A stretch of DNA of 64,000 nucleotides, taken from contig NC_058368.1 in the NCBI RefSeq assembly GCF_018350175.1, positions 78,246,001 through 78,310,000 on the forward strand. Direction: 5' to 3'. This DNA comes from Felis catus (taxonomy: Eukaryota). Made by a program: the position numbers and the translations under genes. The notes under the pieces are model-generated. The model ran no database searches and was not told the origin of the DNA. It saw only the letters and a list, made by a program, of their open reading frames with translations. Of the stretch, positions 35,105 to 47,047 are shown one piece after another. Every line of letters begins with the position of its first letter. Position 1 is the stretch's first letter.

Positions 35105-35548
35105 TTGCAAAGGACTGAGGTTTGGAGGTTCTTGACATGTCTGGCTAACAGTAAAAGGGCTGGAGCAGTGAGTGTAAGGGATGGAAGAGATGGAATCAGT
35201 GAGATGTCTCAATGCTTTTTAATACAGGACTTGGTAAGAAAGAATCTGTATTTTTATTTTCTCTTTTACTCTGTGCATGATGCAAAATCTTTGGACAATT
35301 TTGTTCAGAGGAAGAAGGCGATCAGATTTACTTTTGACAACTGTCATCATGGACAGTGTGTGAAGAAGAGACATTAAGGGGCCAAGAGTGGAAGAGAGAA
35401 ACCAATTAGATGCTATTTCAGTAAGTCAAGGAAATGATGGTGGCTCGAAATAGCGATCTCAGTGGAGGTGTGTAGGGGGTGGGATTCAGGATAGATTTCT
35501 AAAGTATTGCTGACATGATTTTCTAATGGATGAATAAATGTAAGGTGA
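35105..35548 (-). mobile_element. L2 fragment
   Basis: gatcagatttacttttgac...aaaccaattagatgctatttcagtaagtcaaggaaatgatggtggct. Confidence 0.75.
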
Positions 35549-36339
35549 CATTATTGAATTAAAAACTCTCTAAGTTGTCCTTCAGGCTCATAGCCCTACA
35601 AAATGTGGATCCCGCAGTATGTACCAAGAATTCTGATTTCTGGGAGTCACCTCCTTGCAATGCATGCAGACAGCAGAAACAACATGCCCATAGGGTTAGA
35701 GAGCGTGGGTTTGAGTTGGAGTGGATGGTGCTGTCTATCTTGCAGGGCCACAGAATGAAATGAGACACTGTGTGAAAATCTCACTGTCTCCCTGCACGCT
35801 ACAGCATGGGGACTCGAGAAAAATATTTCCTTCCTCTGTAAGGTACTTGCCCTCCGCAGGGGCATTCTTCCCTCTGTCCGCCTTCCTTGCATATTCTTTG
35901 GCTCCACGCTCAAGATTTCCACCAAATGTACTTTCTCCTTGCTCTTTGACTCCGTATATTTGTTTTTATTGGAGCTGGGTTGACAAATCACTTTGCAGAG
36001 AGGCGACCCATAATTAGGGGCTAAAATGAAAGCATCTTTAGTTGGAAATTTCAAGTCTTTATGGCCTGATTCATCATATCTAGATCAGATGCACTCTTCA
36101 TGTTTCAGCCTTGCATTGGCCTTTTTCATAAAACCTCTTCTAAATTTAGAATTAATAACATAAAAAAGGTTTCACTTGCACATATGGAACTACTATATCC
36201 CTTTTCATTTGCCCACCCTTCTTTCCTTTCTTATAAGCATCAATCAGTGGTTCACATTCTCATGTACATGTAGATAAACAAAGAGGGGAAAGAAGAAATT
36301 GGATTAATAAATAATACCTTTACACACTCTTGACTGTTT

Positions 36340-36547
36340 GAGGTGCCTGGGTGGCTCAGTTGGTTAACTGTCCAACTTCAGCTCAGGTGATGATCTCGTG
36401 GTTCGTGGGTTCGAGCCCCACGTCCGGCTCTGTGTTGACCGCTCAGAGCCTGGAGCCCACTTTGGATTCTCTCTCGCGCGCTCTCTCTCTCTCTCTCTCA
36501 AAAATAAATACACATTTAAACAATCAAAAATAAAAAAAAACCCAAAA
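36340..36547 (+). mobile_element. CAN-SINE
   Basis: TSD tcttgactgttt vs tcttggctgttt. Confidence 0.94.
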
Positions 36548-37764
36548 TCTTGGCTGTTTTACGTGTACCTTCATTTGATTCATATCAGCCACACATAATT
36601 TGGTGGGGAGATGCCCAGTTTTATGTGGTAGTAACACCACAAAATTTTCATTGGAAAAGTTCCATCTTTAAAAAAATAAGATCAGTGATGATTTCATTGA
36701 ACAGGTATTTGGACAGAGTTTTCATTAAGTAGTAATTCCTTAAACAGAAATTGGAATGTCAGCAAACTTAGAAATTATGCAAATTAGGAAGCTGACTTCC
36801 ACTCGTGCTCGACACCTTGTTCGATCCTCAAAATCTAGTATGGAACGTGACAAGCAGAGGCATAGACAGTAGAGTTGTGGAGGTAATAGAAGAAGGGTGC
36901 TGATAAAACCCGTGACAGCAAAGATAAAGAATTTCGTTGCTGCCCACCGCTGTTATCCTTCTGTGCTATGTCTACTGGCCAGTAGGGGAGAGAAATGCCA
37001 AGACATCAGAGATCCCTCTTGAGTGTCCTGCTGAAGTCTCATCATTAACTCACAGCGGATTGCTGTCCGCTTCCGCTCTCTCCATTCTCTGGTTTCCATT
37101 TGTAAATATTTCCCAAGTATTTCAAGCTAAGTATTCTAATTTTATCCAACCTGTTGCAATTATTTTTCACTTTTGTTGCTTACTAAAAATATCCTCAATC
37201 TAAAGATAGCTGACTCATTCATCCTAAGCACTGAAGGTTGCAAGTTGGTGAATCATTCCCAATGGCCTGCGTGTAGAACCACTGTCTTCCTGAGGCTTTC
37301 ACAGCGTTCTGGACCTCTTTCCATTAGAGCATTGATAATATTCTAAAGTGATTCTCTTGTACTCTACTCTACTGCCCTTCTTCAATTCCTTTGGCCTAAA
37401 CCTTGGACATCAAGGCCTATGGGCTGGGAGCTGGTCTTCGGTTGCCATTTTTCCCATCCCCCAGCATATACTGGGCTGTTGTATAGTCAGTACTCAGGAG
37501 ATATTTTATTACTGAAAATGTGGGCAAATACGAACATTTATTTACTATTTACAGTTACTATTTACATTAGTCCGGATCAAAAAAATGCCATAACATCAAA
37601 ACTAAACACTACAGAACTTACTGAAAGTGAGGACCAGCCCCTGACAAATGTGTGGATTGCAGGAGTCCATCTTTGCCATCCCCACGGTCTCCTTCCTTCC
37701 AGGTGGCGCCATTTGCCTACAGGGCTTCTCTTCCTCTGCAAGCCATTCTCTCCATTTTAATAGA

Positions 37765-38155
37765 GACACTAAACTGTGCTCAGATATAGTCCCCAGAGGA
37801 TAATGGCTCAGGACGGTAGTGCCTTATTTCTCGATCAAAAAAAGAAAGCAGTGTCAGGTGGGTATTCCAAGTCACCAGGCAGCTTTCCTGCTCGTGTTCA
37901 CTCGGGATCCAGGTTCCTTCCCTCTGTGGTTCCTCTAGAGAATGGTAGGTAGGAGGAAGTGAAGGTGGAGTGTCCGCTTCTAGAAACCCCTGGTTCTGCC
38001 ATGCTACACATCACTTGTACTCACCATCTATTAGAGAATGAGTGACATGGCCACACCTCATGCTGAGGGGCTGGGAAGTGTAGACCCTCCCAGCTAGGAC
38101 ACCCACCCATGGATGGACAACATGAACCGCGGTCCAGCTAATCATTCCTGCCCCC
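37765..38155 (-). mobile_element. Old MLT1 (I/J-like) LTR
   Basis: gggatccaggttccttccctctgtgg...catcacttgtactcacc...gtgacatggccacacctcatgctgaggggctgggaagtgtag. Confidence 0.7.
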
Positions 38156-39364
38156 GCTGTGCACGCTTGCCAGCGAAGAATTAACTTGAGACATTCATTC
38201 CTAATAAGCTACAACAGCCCTTGAAGCGCCCTGCTCCCCCTACCTAGTGGTCCTCTCATTTTTACCTGAAATCAGAACATAGAGCCCAAAAGGGAATTAG
38301 ATTTTACTACTAAAGAGATGGGGAGGTGGTGGGAATGTTAGAAAACCTTCTGAAACCACGCAGGACAAACAGCTGACTTCCAGTTGGGTTTCAAATCATC
38401 TTGGTTAAAATATAAGATTCTCCAAACTGTGTGTGAAGCATTCAAAACATATCCCCACTGCAAGTTTCAGCGTAAGACACTGCACATGCTGGTAAAACCT
38501 AACATCATCCCCAGCTAAATAACTCCCTGTGGTAGAATTGCTTTAATTTCCTACACGAACAACTGGTCTACCCACAAGATGATATAAAGCTTAGAATATT
38601 AATGCAGACACTTCAGACACCAAAGAAAATGCCTCTTTCATTACGGTTGTGGCCTGATTCTAATAAGCATGTGATTCTCTGAGACTGGAGCATGGAAAGC
38701 CCCCAGCGGTCCCCAGGTAGCACTTGTCACCCAGCTCTGTGTACAAATGTCCCATTGCAGGCAATCAAGGCATCCTGACCTATGTCACACAAAAGGTGAC
38801 AGAATAATGGCGTCCTGGTGAAATATTCTGCTTTGAACCTAATAACAGACAGAAGCACGTTTCATTTGCCTTTGTGCATTTTTCACTTATTTTCCCTTGT
38901 TGGCGTGAAAACCCTCAAAGGTGATGATTTAATAGAAATGGAAATTTTTAAAACACTGGGTTTCCACAATCCGAATTTAGTATCTGTGTGTTATGAAACT
39001 CTGTGATTAAATGCCTTACAAAGTCAGGCACGCTGTGAATTTGAATGGGAAACAGAGCTTCCCTGATTCTTGTATGAGTAGCTACAAGTTCTGAAGACAC
39101 AGTCAATTGTCTACAGACAGATATTTATTACCCAATGGAACCTCTCTAATATATTCTCCTGGAGCCATTTTGAATGTTCTTAAATACTTGCAAAATATCC
39201 TTAACATCATAATTGAATGACTCCTTAAACAAATTCATAAATAAAGTGGGAGCTAATTATGTGGTGTTTTTGCTCCAAATATTCTGTGAGAACAATTTTG
39301 TTTGTTCACACATACTATAGAAATGAATGCAGATATTAGAGGTTTTCCTTACCTTATACTAGGA

Positions 39365-39541
39365 TTAAAATATGTCTATGCATCAGAATTACATGAGGAA
39401 TTTCTAAAACTATATGCCTCCTTCCTATGTCCAGAGTTTCTCATTCAGTGTGGTTTTGTGGAGCTTGAGAATTTGCATTTTTTTTTAACGAGCACATCAG
39501 GCAATTGTGATGTAGCTGGGTCACAGGTTTGTGGATCACTG
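39365..39541. mobile_element. MER5A-like hAT DNA transposon
   Basis: tgcatcagaattac...ccagagtttctcattcagt...tgagaatttgcatt...gcaattgtgatgtagctgg. Confidence 0.7.
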
Positions 39542-39730
39542 ATAAGGGTTTTGAAAGATTTAGAACAACGCTTCTGAAACTTTCTTGTGCGTGCAAATCA
39601 CCCACTGCAAAGGAATGTTGAAAACATCAAATAAAAACACACAGGACTTTGCACATTGTGAACGTTAGCCAACATTAGATGTGATTGGTTTCATTAAAGG
39701 CTGATGAAGAGTTACAAGAAAGGAAAAATA

Positions 39731-39957
39731 GGGGCGCCTGGGTGGCGCAGTCGGTTAAGCGTCCGACTTCAGCCAGGTCACGATCTCGCGGTCCGTGAGT
39801 TCGAGCCCCGCGTCGGGCTCTGGGCTGATGGCTCAGAGCCTGGAGCCTATTTCCGATTCTGTGTCTCCCTCTCTCTCTGCCCCTCCCCCATTCATGCTCT
39901 GTCTCTCTCTGTCCCAAAAATAAATAAACGTTGAAGAAAAATTTAATAAAAAAAAAA
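39731..39957 (+). mobile_element. Young CAN-SINE (SINEC_Fc)
   Basis: Near-consensus. TSD aagaaaggaaaaat. Confidence 0.97.
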
Positions 39958-40119
39958 AAGAAAGGAAAAATGCCCAACTATTGGAATAAAATTGAAGGAA
40001 AACTGAGTGTTAACGTATAGGGGAAAGAGGCACTGATTAAAAGTCAAGTGATGTTGCAGACCAAGGCGAATACTTCACACTCCTGGGGCACACCCCTTGT
40101 AATGACCTCAAAATAAATA

Positions 40120-40573
40120 ACAAACAGCCTTCAAACAGGTAATCCTATCCCCAGCCTTCCTCCTTTCCAAAGTATTCTCCACCTTAGGGTCAGATACAGT
40201 TTTCTAGCAAGCTGGACTGAATGTATCACTCCCCTTCTAAAAACCCCCATTGCTCTTAGGATGAAAGCAAAATCCTCACCAGTCTCTCTTGATGCTCTTC
40301 TCTTTGCCTGGGACCCTCTTTCTCTACCCACACATCCCATCCCCATTCATCACCATTTGCCAACTTAGACACCATACCCTGTAGGAAGCCTTTCTCCAGC
40401 CCCTATTTCCCCAATCTAAACACTTTCATACTTTACCGTGACTTCTGGCTTATTTTTCTGTATTCTTTAAGTCTGTAGAAACAACAAAAGCAAACATTTT
40501 CATTATCTTGATCACTTTGTAATTCCCAGAAGCCACATCGTGCCTGGTACACAGTTGATGTTTCATAAATATT
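40120..40573 (+). mobile_element. L2 3' region
   Basis: tatcactccccttctaaaaacccccattgctcttaggatgaaagcaaaatcctc...gtgcctggtacacag...ataaatatt. Confidence 0.7.
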
Positions 40574-40574
40574 C

Positions 40575-41135
40575 CTTCCATCAAAGATGGATGCATACAT
40601 AAGGTGAAGTATATGGGTGCAATGAAATACCAGTGAGACACGAAAAGACTTTAATCTTGCCATTTGTGACAACACGGCTGCACTTCAAGGACATTACACT
40701 AAATGAAATAAGCTAGACAGAGAAAGACAAATTCTGTCTGGGTTAATTTATATGTGCAATCTAAAACAAACAAACAAAAAGCCAAGCTCATATCTGCAGA
40801 GAACATAACAGTGGGGCCATGCATAAGAGGTGAGGGGGCTTGGGAGAGGGCTCAAAAAGGACAAACTTCCAGTTACAAATAAAGAAGTCATGGGTGTGTG
40901 ATGTACCGGAAGGTAACTATAATTAATGATAGTGAATTGCCTATATGAAAGTTGTGGAAAGAGTAAACCTTAAAAGTTCTCATCACAAGAAACAAATTTG
41001 GTACCTCTGTGTGGCGACAAATGCTGGGCGGATTTATTGTGGTCGTTTTGCAATATATGCGAATATCGAATCATTATGTCGTACACCTGAAACGCATACA
41101 ATGTTAACGTCAATTATACTTTAATTTGTAAATAA
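40575..41135 (+). mobile_element. L1MA9-like 3' end inserted at the L2 tail
   Basis: atcttgccatttgtgacaaca...aaacttccagttacaaataaa...gagtaaaccttaaaagttctcatcacaagaaa...tacacctgaaac. ataaatatt on both flanks. Confidence 0.85.
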
Positions 41136-42299
41136 ATAAATATTTGTTGAGGAATATAGATTGTTTACTCTTCATTCTTGTGGGCGAGGAAAAGATCTTT
41201 AAATTCTTTCTGTGACTCATACTAAAACCATTTCCTTTGTGTATTTTCTACAAATAATATTTCTTGATCAATAGATTTATACCTCACTTCATACAATTTC
41301 TGTAAGCCATACGGATTTCAGTTCTTCTTCCTCCCTGAGTTCCTCTTTACATACAACTAAGAACTGATGATCTCATTCATCGATACGTGGAAATAGGACG
41401 AAGAGCACATCTACTCCTTATCAGTACTATGTGCGTGTAAAGGGCACTTCAGTTGGGCTTGGAGAAAGAGATAAAATATAAGAATACAAGTGTTACCAGG
41501 AACAATCATTTATCACACGACATGGTAGAAATAGAAGCTGAATGGTGGCTTGGCTTCCCTGGGCCATACCAGTCATGAGCCAATAACAAAATGGGCAAGG
41601 CGAATACTATTCCCCTGCACCCGAAGACTTCCTCTATCCACAGAAAACAAGCCGAGACAGGAGATTCTTGGTTTCAGGGAGGAAAGTTCTCCATTTCTCC
41701 CTGTGGGTGCCAGTCTCTATTCAGCCACGGGCAGCCCTTCCTGTGCCAGCGTGCTACTGGCTGTTTTGGCCCCACCTTTCAGCCTGACTCGGCTACTGGC
41801 CTGTCCCCTTGCTCCAGGTTTCTGTGTCCTTATCATCCAGTGAGGCCATTCCTCTTGTTAGTCAATCACCAAATATTTATGGAGCTCTATGCCAGTCACC
41901 TGGCCAGCTGCTGGGACAGTCATGTGAGGGAACTAAGCCTGAATCCTGTTCCCACGGAACCCGGAATGTAGCAGAGAGAGCATGCTGTTCCCATCCAGGT
42001 GGGGACAGCTTTTTGGATGTGCTATTGAGGTGGCCTTAATTATTCCCTCTCTACTGTCCCTTCTCATAAAGAGTTTTGATTGTCCCGGGGCTGGGTGACC
42101 TCCCAGTGTGCCTTCCAGAAGCATCTACCCAGAGCTGAACACCAACCTGTACCCCAGGGTTCATCCAACTCTCTCCTGCCTCCTTCAGGGTGACTTTACT
42201 GCCCCCAGGAAACTGTCTGGGGCTCTTCTGTTTGAGAGATTTAACTCTGGGGACTCACTATTATTTCTCATGGGTCTCGTGTTTTCGCATGAAGTACAT

Positions 42300-42302
<3 letters not shown>

Positions 42303-42346
<44 letters not shown>
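42303..42346. repeat. (AC)n microsatellite
   Basis: Uninterrupted AC run. Confidence 0.98.
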
Positions 42347-42348
<2 letters not shown>

Positions 42349-43477
42349 AGAAGCTCCCCACTAAAATACACAGCAGTATCTAGGTATGAAGATGAAGTAA
42401 TTCTTCTTCTGTGTCAGTTTTAAAATACCTGACCTCCACAGAAAAAACTAACTCAAGGCAGGGCTTCTAATAACTCTTCACCCGGGGATTCTGGCCTCGC
42501 CCCCTGGTCTGAACTTGAATAAGCAGAGACACTCTAAGTTGCAATATGCTTGTGTCCCAAGGAAAAAAACAACCACAACCACAACACTGAGCAAACAGGA
42601 ATATTCATTCATACACCTTCTGGTATTTGAGAAAAAACCAACACAACAAAGAAAGGTTGTTCCTTCCATCCAGTGGTCCCCAAGGAACGTACAATAATCC
42701 AACCAAACACAACGTGGGGTCTAAGCTACAGGCAACGGCTATTTTAGACAGGCTGGTGAGTACTGGCCATGTGGTGTTGTGGGATCACACAGAGCAGTGG
42801 GTGAACCGTAGTGAGAATCTGAAACACTAATGCATTTAGGAGCAACTTAGAGAATGCACAGTTAGGGGCTGGCATGAGGATGGGAGGCATTTCTGAAATG
42901 GAAAGTGTGTAACAGGCAACGGGTAGACACACACACTTTTTAATGTCAGTGACTCCAGACAGTCTCCGCTCAATAAGGGATCTAGAATGCAGACAACGGG
43001 ATGTGAAATCAGAGTAAGTTCATAACTTCCACTTGGGGAAGAAAGGAAACAGAGATATTTAGTCCATGCACAAAGGTGAGGAAACTATGGTGAAAGACAA
43101 AACAAAACAAAAACTGATTCTCCAAAACAAACAAACAAAAACAGAACCAAAACAAAAAAAAAAAACCCACCTGATGTAGAAGAGGAATCGGCTGGCCCGA
43201 CAAAGGTAAGGCAGGATGATGACCCGGTGAGCCACAACCTTCAACCTGGGTAGCATGTTTGTCCCGGGCAAACTGCACCTGTACACATTCTTTCATGCTG
43301 TGCAACCAGTAGGCGGGCTCTTAAACTGCCTACATGTTTTGCCCTAAGCCCAGGAAGAATACTATTGAATCAGGCTACAATGAACATTTTTGGCCCCTTA
43401 CTACTGACCCACATTTCTAAGCCCTTTGCTTGTATTTTCTTTCTTCTTCCCAGGCAGCTCTTTGAGGCTGATGTTCC

Positions 43478-43679
43478 GTTTTGTTTTGTTTTGTTTTGTT
43501 TTGTTTTGTTTTGTTTTGTTTATGTTTTGAGAGATCGCGAGCTGGGGAGGGACAGAGGATGCGAACCAGGCTCTGCGCTGACATCAGTGAGTCCCAATGC
43601 AGGGCTCAAACTCACAAACCAGGAGATCATGACCTGAGCCGAAGGTGGGTGCTTAATAGACTGAGCCAGCCAGGCGTCC
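43478..43679 (-). mobile_element. CAN-SINE with (TTTTG)n tail
   Basis: Antisense body. Diverged TSD tgaggctgatgttc / tgaggacgatgctc. Confidence 0.9.
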
Positions 43680-44080
43680 TGAGGACGATGCTCTAAATGT
43701 CCCTATTCTAGGATGAAAAAGTTGAGACAGGAGCTTGGCATTTTCCCCAAAATAACAAGTGGGACTTCCATCCTAGGTGCCCTGGAGCCCCAGATTTGAA
43801 CCATCTCTCTGTACTTCTTCTTTAAAGTCCTTAAGATTTGCTTCCATGTCTCTCCCATTTGCTCCTTCTCATCCTGGGTCACCCCTTCGAGGTCATTGCC
43901 TGGCCCCGATGTTTCCTTGAACCAAACTATGAACTCTGAGGCCAGCCCCGTGTCTCACTGCCTCAACTCCAGTGCCTATCCTACAAGAGGCCTTCAGTTA
44001 TATTTGCTGAATTATTGAAAGACAAACACATAAACCAGTGAATATTAAAACAGCAAGGCCAACAGAGGAAAATTCATTCT

Positions 44081-44099
44081 TGACCAGTAGGTGGCAGCA
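44081..44099 (+). promoter_or_regulatory. Candidate CTCF binding site
   Basis: TGACCAGTAGGTGGCAGCA fully matches the CTCF core CCASYAGRKGGCRS, in non-repeat DNA. Confidence 0.65.
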
Positions 44100-44119
44100 G
44101 TGGAACGATATCAAAGGAA

Positions 44120-44134
44120 TGACCTCGGTGACCT
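44120..44134 (-). promoter_or_regulatory. Perfect DR3 nuclear-receptor element (AGGTCA-ccg-AGGTCA)
   Basis: Plus strand reads TGACCT CGG TGACCT. Confidence 0.4.
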
Positions 44135-44464
44135 GACCAGGTCCTCCCCTGCTGGGTGTGCCGCTGGGCAACCAGTCTGGCCAGAGGAGGTCACTTTATT
44201 CTCTGAATGAATTTAGTCTCTCTCCTCTGGACACCTGCCAGATTTGCTGCATCTTTTTCCGGCACCAGAAAATCAGAACGGGGTTAATGATTCCATTTGT
44301 AATAGTATTTCTGTTGGATTTATTTCTTCACTAGCCTAGCCTGTAAAATATTTATTTTCAAAGAACTGATAAAAGGGTTTATGTATTTTATTCATATAAC
44401 TTAAGCTATAGCTTAAATACGTATAGGATACACGCCCCAATTTGAAAGTATAGTTTCCTATTCT

Positions 44465-44682
44465 TTTTCCCCCCTCAATTTTTCTTTTTATTTGAGAGAG
44501 GGAGAAAGAGAAAGAGAGAGAGAGAGCAAGTGGGGGAGAGGGGCAGAGGGAGAGAGAACCTTAAGCAGGCTCCACATTCAGTGTGGAGCCCAATGCAGGG
44601 CTGGATCCCACAACCCTGGGATCATGACCTGAGCAGACATAAAGAGTCTGCAACTCTACCTACTGAGCCACCCAGGCGTCCC
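44465..44682 (-). mobile_element. Older CAN-SINE
   Basis: Antisense body ending gagccacccaggcgtccc. Confidence 0.92.
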
Positions 44683-44726
44683 CACTCTCCTATCCTTGAA
44701 TATTTGTGGTCTAAAGAAATTGTGTT

Positions 44727-44941
44727 GGGGCGCCTGGGTGGCGCAGTCGGTTAAGCGTCCGACTTCAGCCAGGTCACGATCTCGCGGTCCGTGAGTTCGA
44801 GCCCCGCGTCAGGCTCTGGGCTGATGGCTCGGAGCCTGGAGACTGTTTCCGATTCTGTGTCTCCCTCTCTCTCTGCCCCTCCCCCGTTCATGCTCTGTCT
44901 CTCTCTGTCCCAAAAATAAATAAAAAACGTTGAAAAAAATT
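44727..44941 (+). mobile_element. Young CAN-SINE (SINEC_Fc)
   Basis: Near-consensus. TSD taaagaaattgtg (44712-44724, 44942-44954). Confidence 0.97.
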
Positions 44942-45176
44942 TAAAGAAATTGTGCATGTAACAAGGATGTGATATTAAAGGAAAATCAAGGTATCCAAAA
45001 CTAGCAACCTTTGCAATTGAATGAGGAAGAGGAGAGTGAATGTGAACAATTTTCCCTTCAGATTTAACCACAGTCCAAACATTCTAGAGAAAGAGGTACT
45101 GCACAATAAAATGAAGACGGTTCCTCCCACCTTCATTTGCATTAACTTCCGTTTCTTCTAATAAAACTGTTTAAAC

Positions 45177-45340
45177 TAGTGCTTCTCCGTGTTCAGTGTT
45201 ACAGATTTACAGGTAAGGCACCTGTTATAATGCAGCTTCTGAGGCTGGGGTCTGGGGCAGGTCCAGAAACCGACTTGCATTTCTAACAAGCTCCCCAGTG
45301 AGGTTGGTGGTGATGCACTCCGGAGTACAATTATTTCCAG
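45177..45340. mobile_element. MER5-family DNA transposon
   Basis: tgttataatgcagcttctga...ggtctggggcagg...tgcatttctaacaagctccccagtga. Confidence 0.7.
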
Positions 45341-45428
45341 GACTTTAAAGACAAGAGGGACCTGTGCCTGTGTGCATTAATGGGTTCACATAGCGTCTGA
45401 TTGAATCTTAAAGACATAAGTATTTCTT

Positions 45429-45662
45429 TTTTTTTTCAATTTTTTTAATGTTTATTTATTTTTGAGAAAGAGAGGGAGAGAGAGAGAATGGGCTGGGGAG
45501 GGAAAGTGAAAGAGGGAGACACAGAATCCAAAGACGGTTCTAGGCTCCAGGTTCTGAGCTGGAAGCACAGAGCCCCGGACGCAGGGCTCGAACTCATGGA
45601 CTGTGAGATCACGACCTGAGCCAAAGTCAGACCCTTAACCAACTGAGCCACCCAGGCGCCCC
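45429..45662 (-). mobile_element. CAN-SINE
   Basis: TSD aagacataagtatttctt vs aaggcatgagtatttctt. Confidence 0.95.
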
Positions 45663-45799
45663 AAGGCATGAGTATTTCTTAATTATATTTCCACTTATCT
45701 TAATATGCCTCGGTAAGTTATCATATTGATTATTTTTTGTAAATATAGTCATTTCCTGAAATTAATGTTATAGCTTTTCCTAAATTTAAATCAAAATGT

Positions 45800-46233
45800 A
45801 GTATTTTAGTTATCGATGATTGTGTAACAAGTTCTCACCAAACTTACTGCCTGTAGATGGCAGTAATTTCACTCTATCCCACAGTTGTGTGGGCCAGGAA
45901 TTCAGGCAGACACTGCCTGGGGTCACCACGTGCCTTCACTCATGTGTCTATAAGGCTGAGCTCCACTGGGTCCCTGTCTTATTCCTCGGTTTCAGGGTCC
46001 CTCTACATGGTCGCTTCAGCAGGGCAAATGCATATCTCATATGCTGGTTCAGGATTCAGGATCAAGGTAGATGCACCAGCCCTCTTAGAAGCATGGAACT
46101 AGCATGGCGTCTCTTCCAGCATATTCTATTAGTGCAGAACCACAGGCCAGCCCAGGGTCCAAGGACGGAGGAATAGCTCCTTCCTCCCCCAGCGAGGGTG
46201 TCAAGGAATACACAGCCATCCTGAGTCTCTCAG
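45800..46233 (-). mobile_element. MLT1H-like MaLR LTR
   Basis: tgtgtaacaag...gtgggccaggaattcaggcag...catattctattagt...cacaggccagcccagggtccaagg. Confidence 0.75.
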
Positions 46234-46419
46234 CGAGTATCAGAGAGCAAACCATGATGTCATGGAATAGGGGCATGTGTTTGTGTGTATGTGTTCGTGT
46301 GGAGGGGTAGGAAGGACTGGAATCTTCATATTGACTTCTTTACCTTGTAAAATGGGTCATGTTTTCAACTTGACTTTCTTTGCATGGCTCTCCATTTCAC
46401 TTTGAAATCACTATAGAAA

Positions 46420-47047
46420 TGTGAAGATGGACGGAAGTTAAGATGGACACACTAATGCCCCAGCAATGCTTGACTCTGAACAAATGTTTCTCTTCCTCAT
46501 TCTTGAAGCCTCCCCCTTCCCGTCACTTGTTTTTCTGTAGAATCCTTTGTTCCATGGACGCCTGGCTGCCTCCGTCAGTTAACAGGTCAAGATCTTGCAG
46601 TTTGTAAGACCAAGCCCTACATCAGGCTCAATGCTGGCAGAGCCTGCTTGGGATTCTCTCTCTTCCTCTCTCTGCCCGTCCCCCGCTCACTCTCTCTCTC
46701 TCTTTCAAAATAAAAATAAATAAACTTAAGAGAAAAGATCTCCTTTGTTCTAGGAACTTGGTATCCATACTTGGTATCAAGACTCCGATGGCCATCGCCA
46801 GTGATAGACATGAGACCACCTTGAAGCCATGACGAACGCGGCTGGTAGCATGTACCAGATTCCTATAGAAACCACCCAGATCCTGTATTTTCCAGCCTTT
46901 ACCATGATGGGCCTGCAGTTTTGAAGGCATTAGCCTTCTGTGCCCTCCTTCGCCTAAAAAAGTCATAAAACTGTTCCTCCTTAGCCCCGAATTCTGTCTT
47001 CATGTTACATTTTGGTTCTGGAGCATGGAGATCAGTTTTCGACAACA
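46420..47047 (+). mobile_element. Probable ERV1-type solo LTR, split by a SINE
   Basis: Ends ttttcgacaaca. LTR-like R/U5 gcacagttttgaaggcattagcc-type motif (gcagttttgaaggcattagccttctgtgccctcc). 5' boundary uncertain. Confidence 0.55.
46556..46737 (+). mobile_element. CAN-SINE with internal deletion
   Basis: ggacgcctggctg head and agcctgcttgggattctctc body. tcctttgttc on both flanks. Confidence 0.85.

Noticed and set aside
39731..39815. tRNA-like A/B boxes
   Set aside because: These are the tRNA-derived heads of CAN-SINEs, not tRNA genes.
44093..44110. Resemblance to U6 snRNA (ggcagca...tggaacgata)
   Set aside because: Only two short words match. The intervening and downstream U6 sequence is absent, so likely chance.
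45135..45142. Perfect octamer ATTTGCAT
   Set aside because: An isolated 8-mer is expected by chance in 64 kb of AT-rich DNA.
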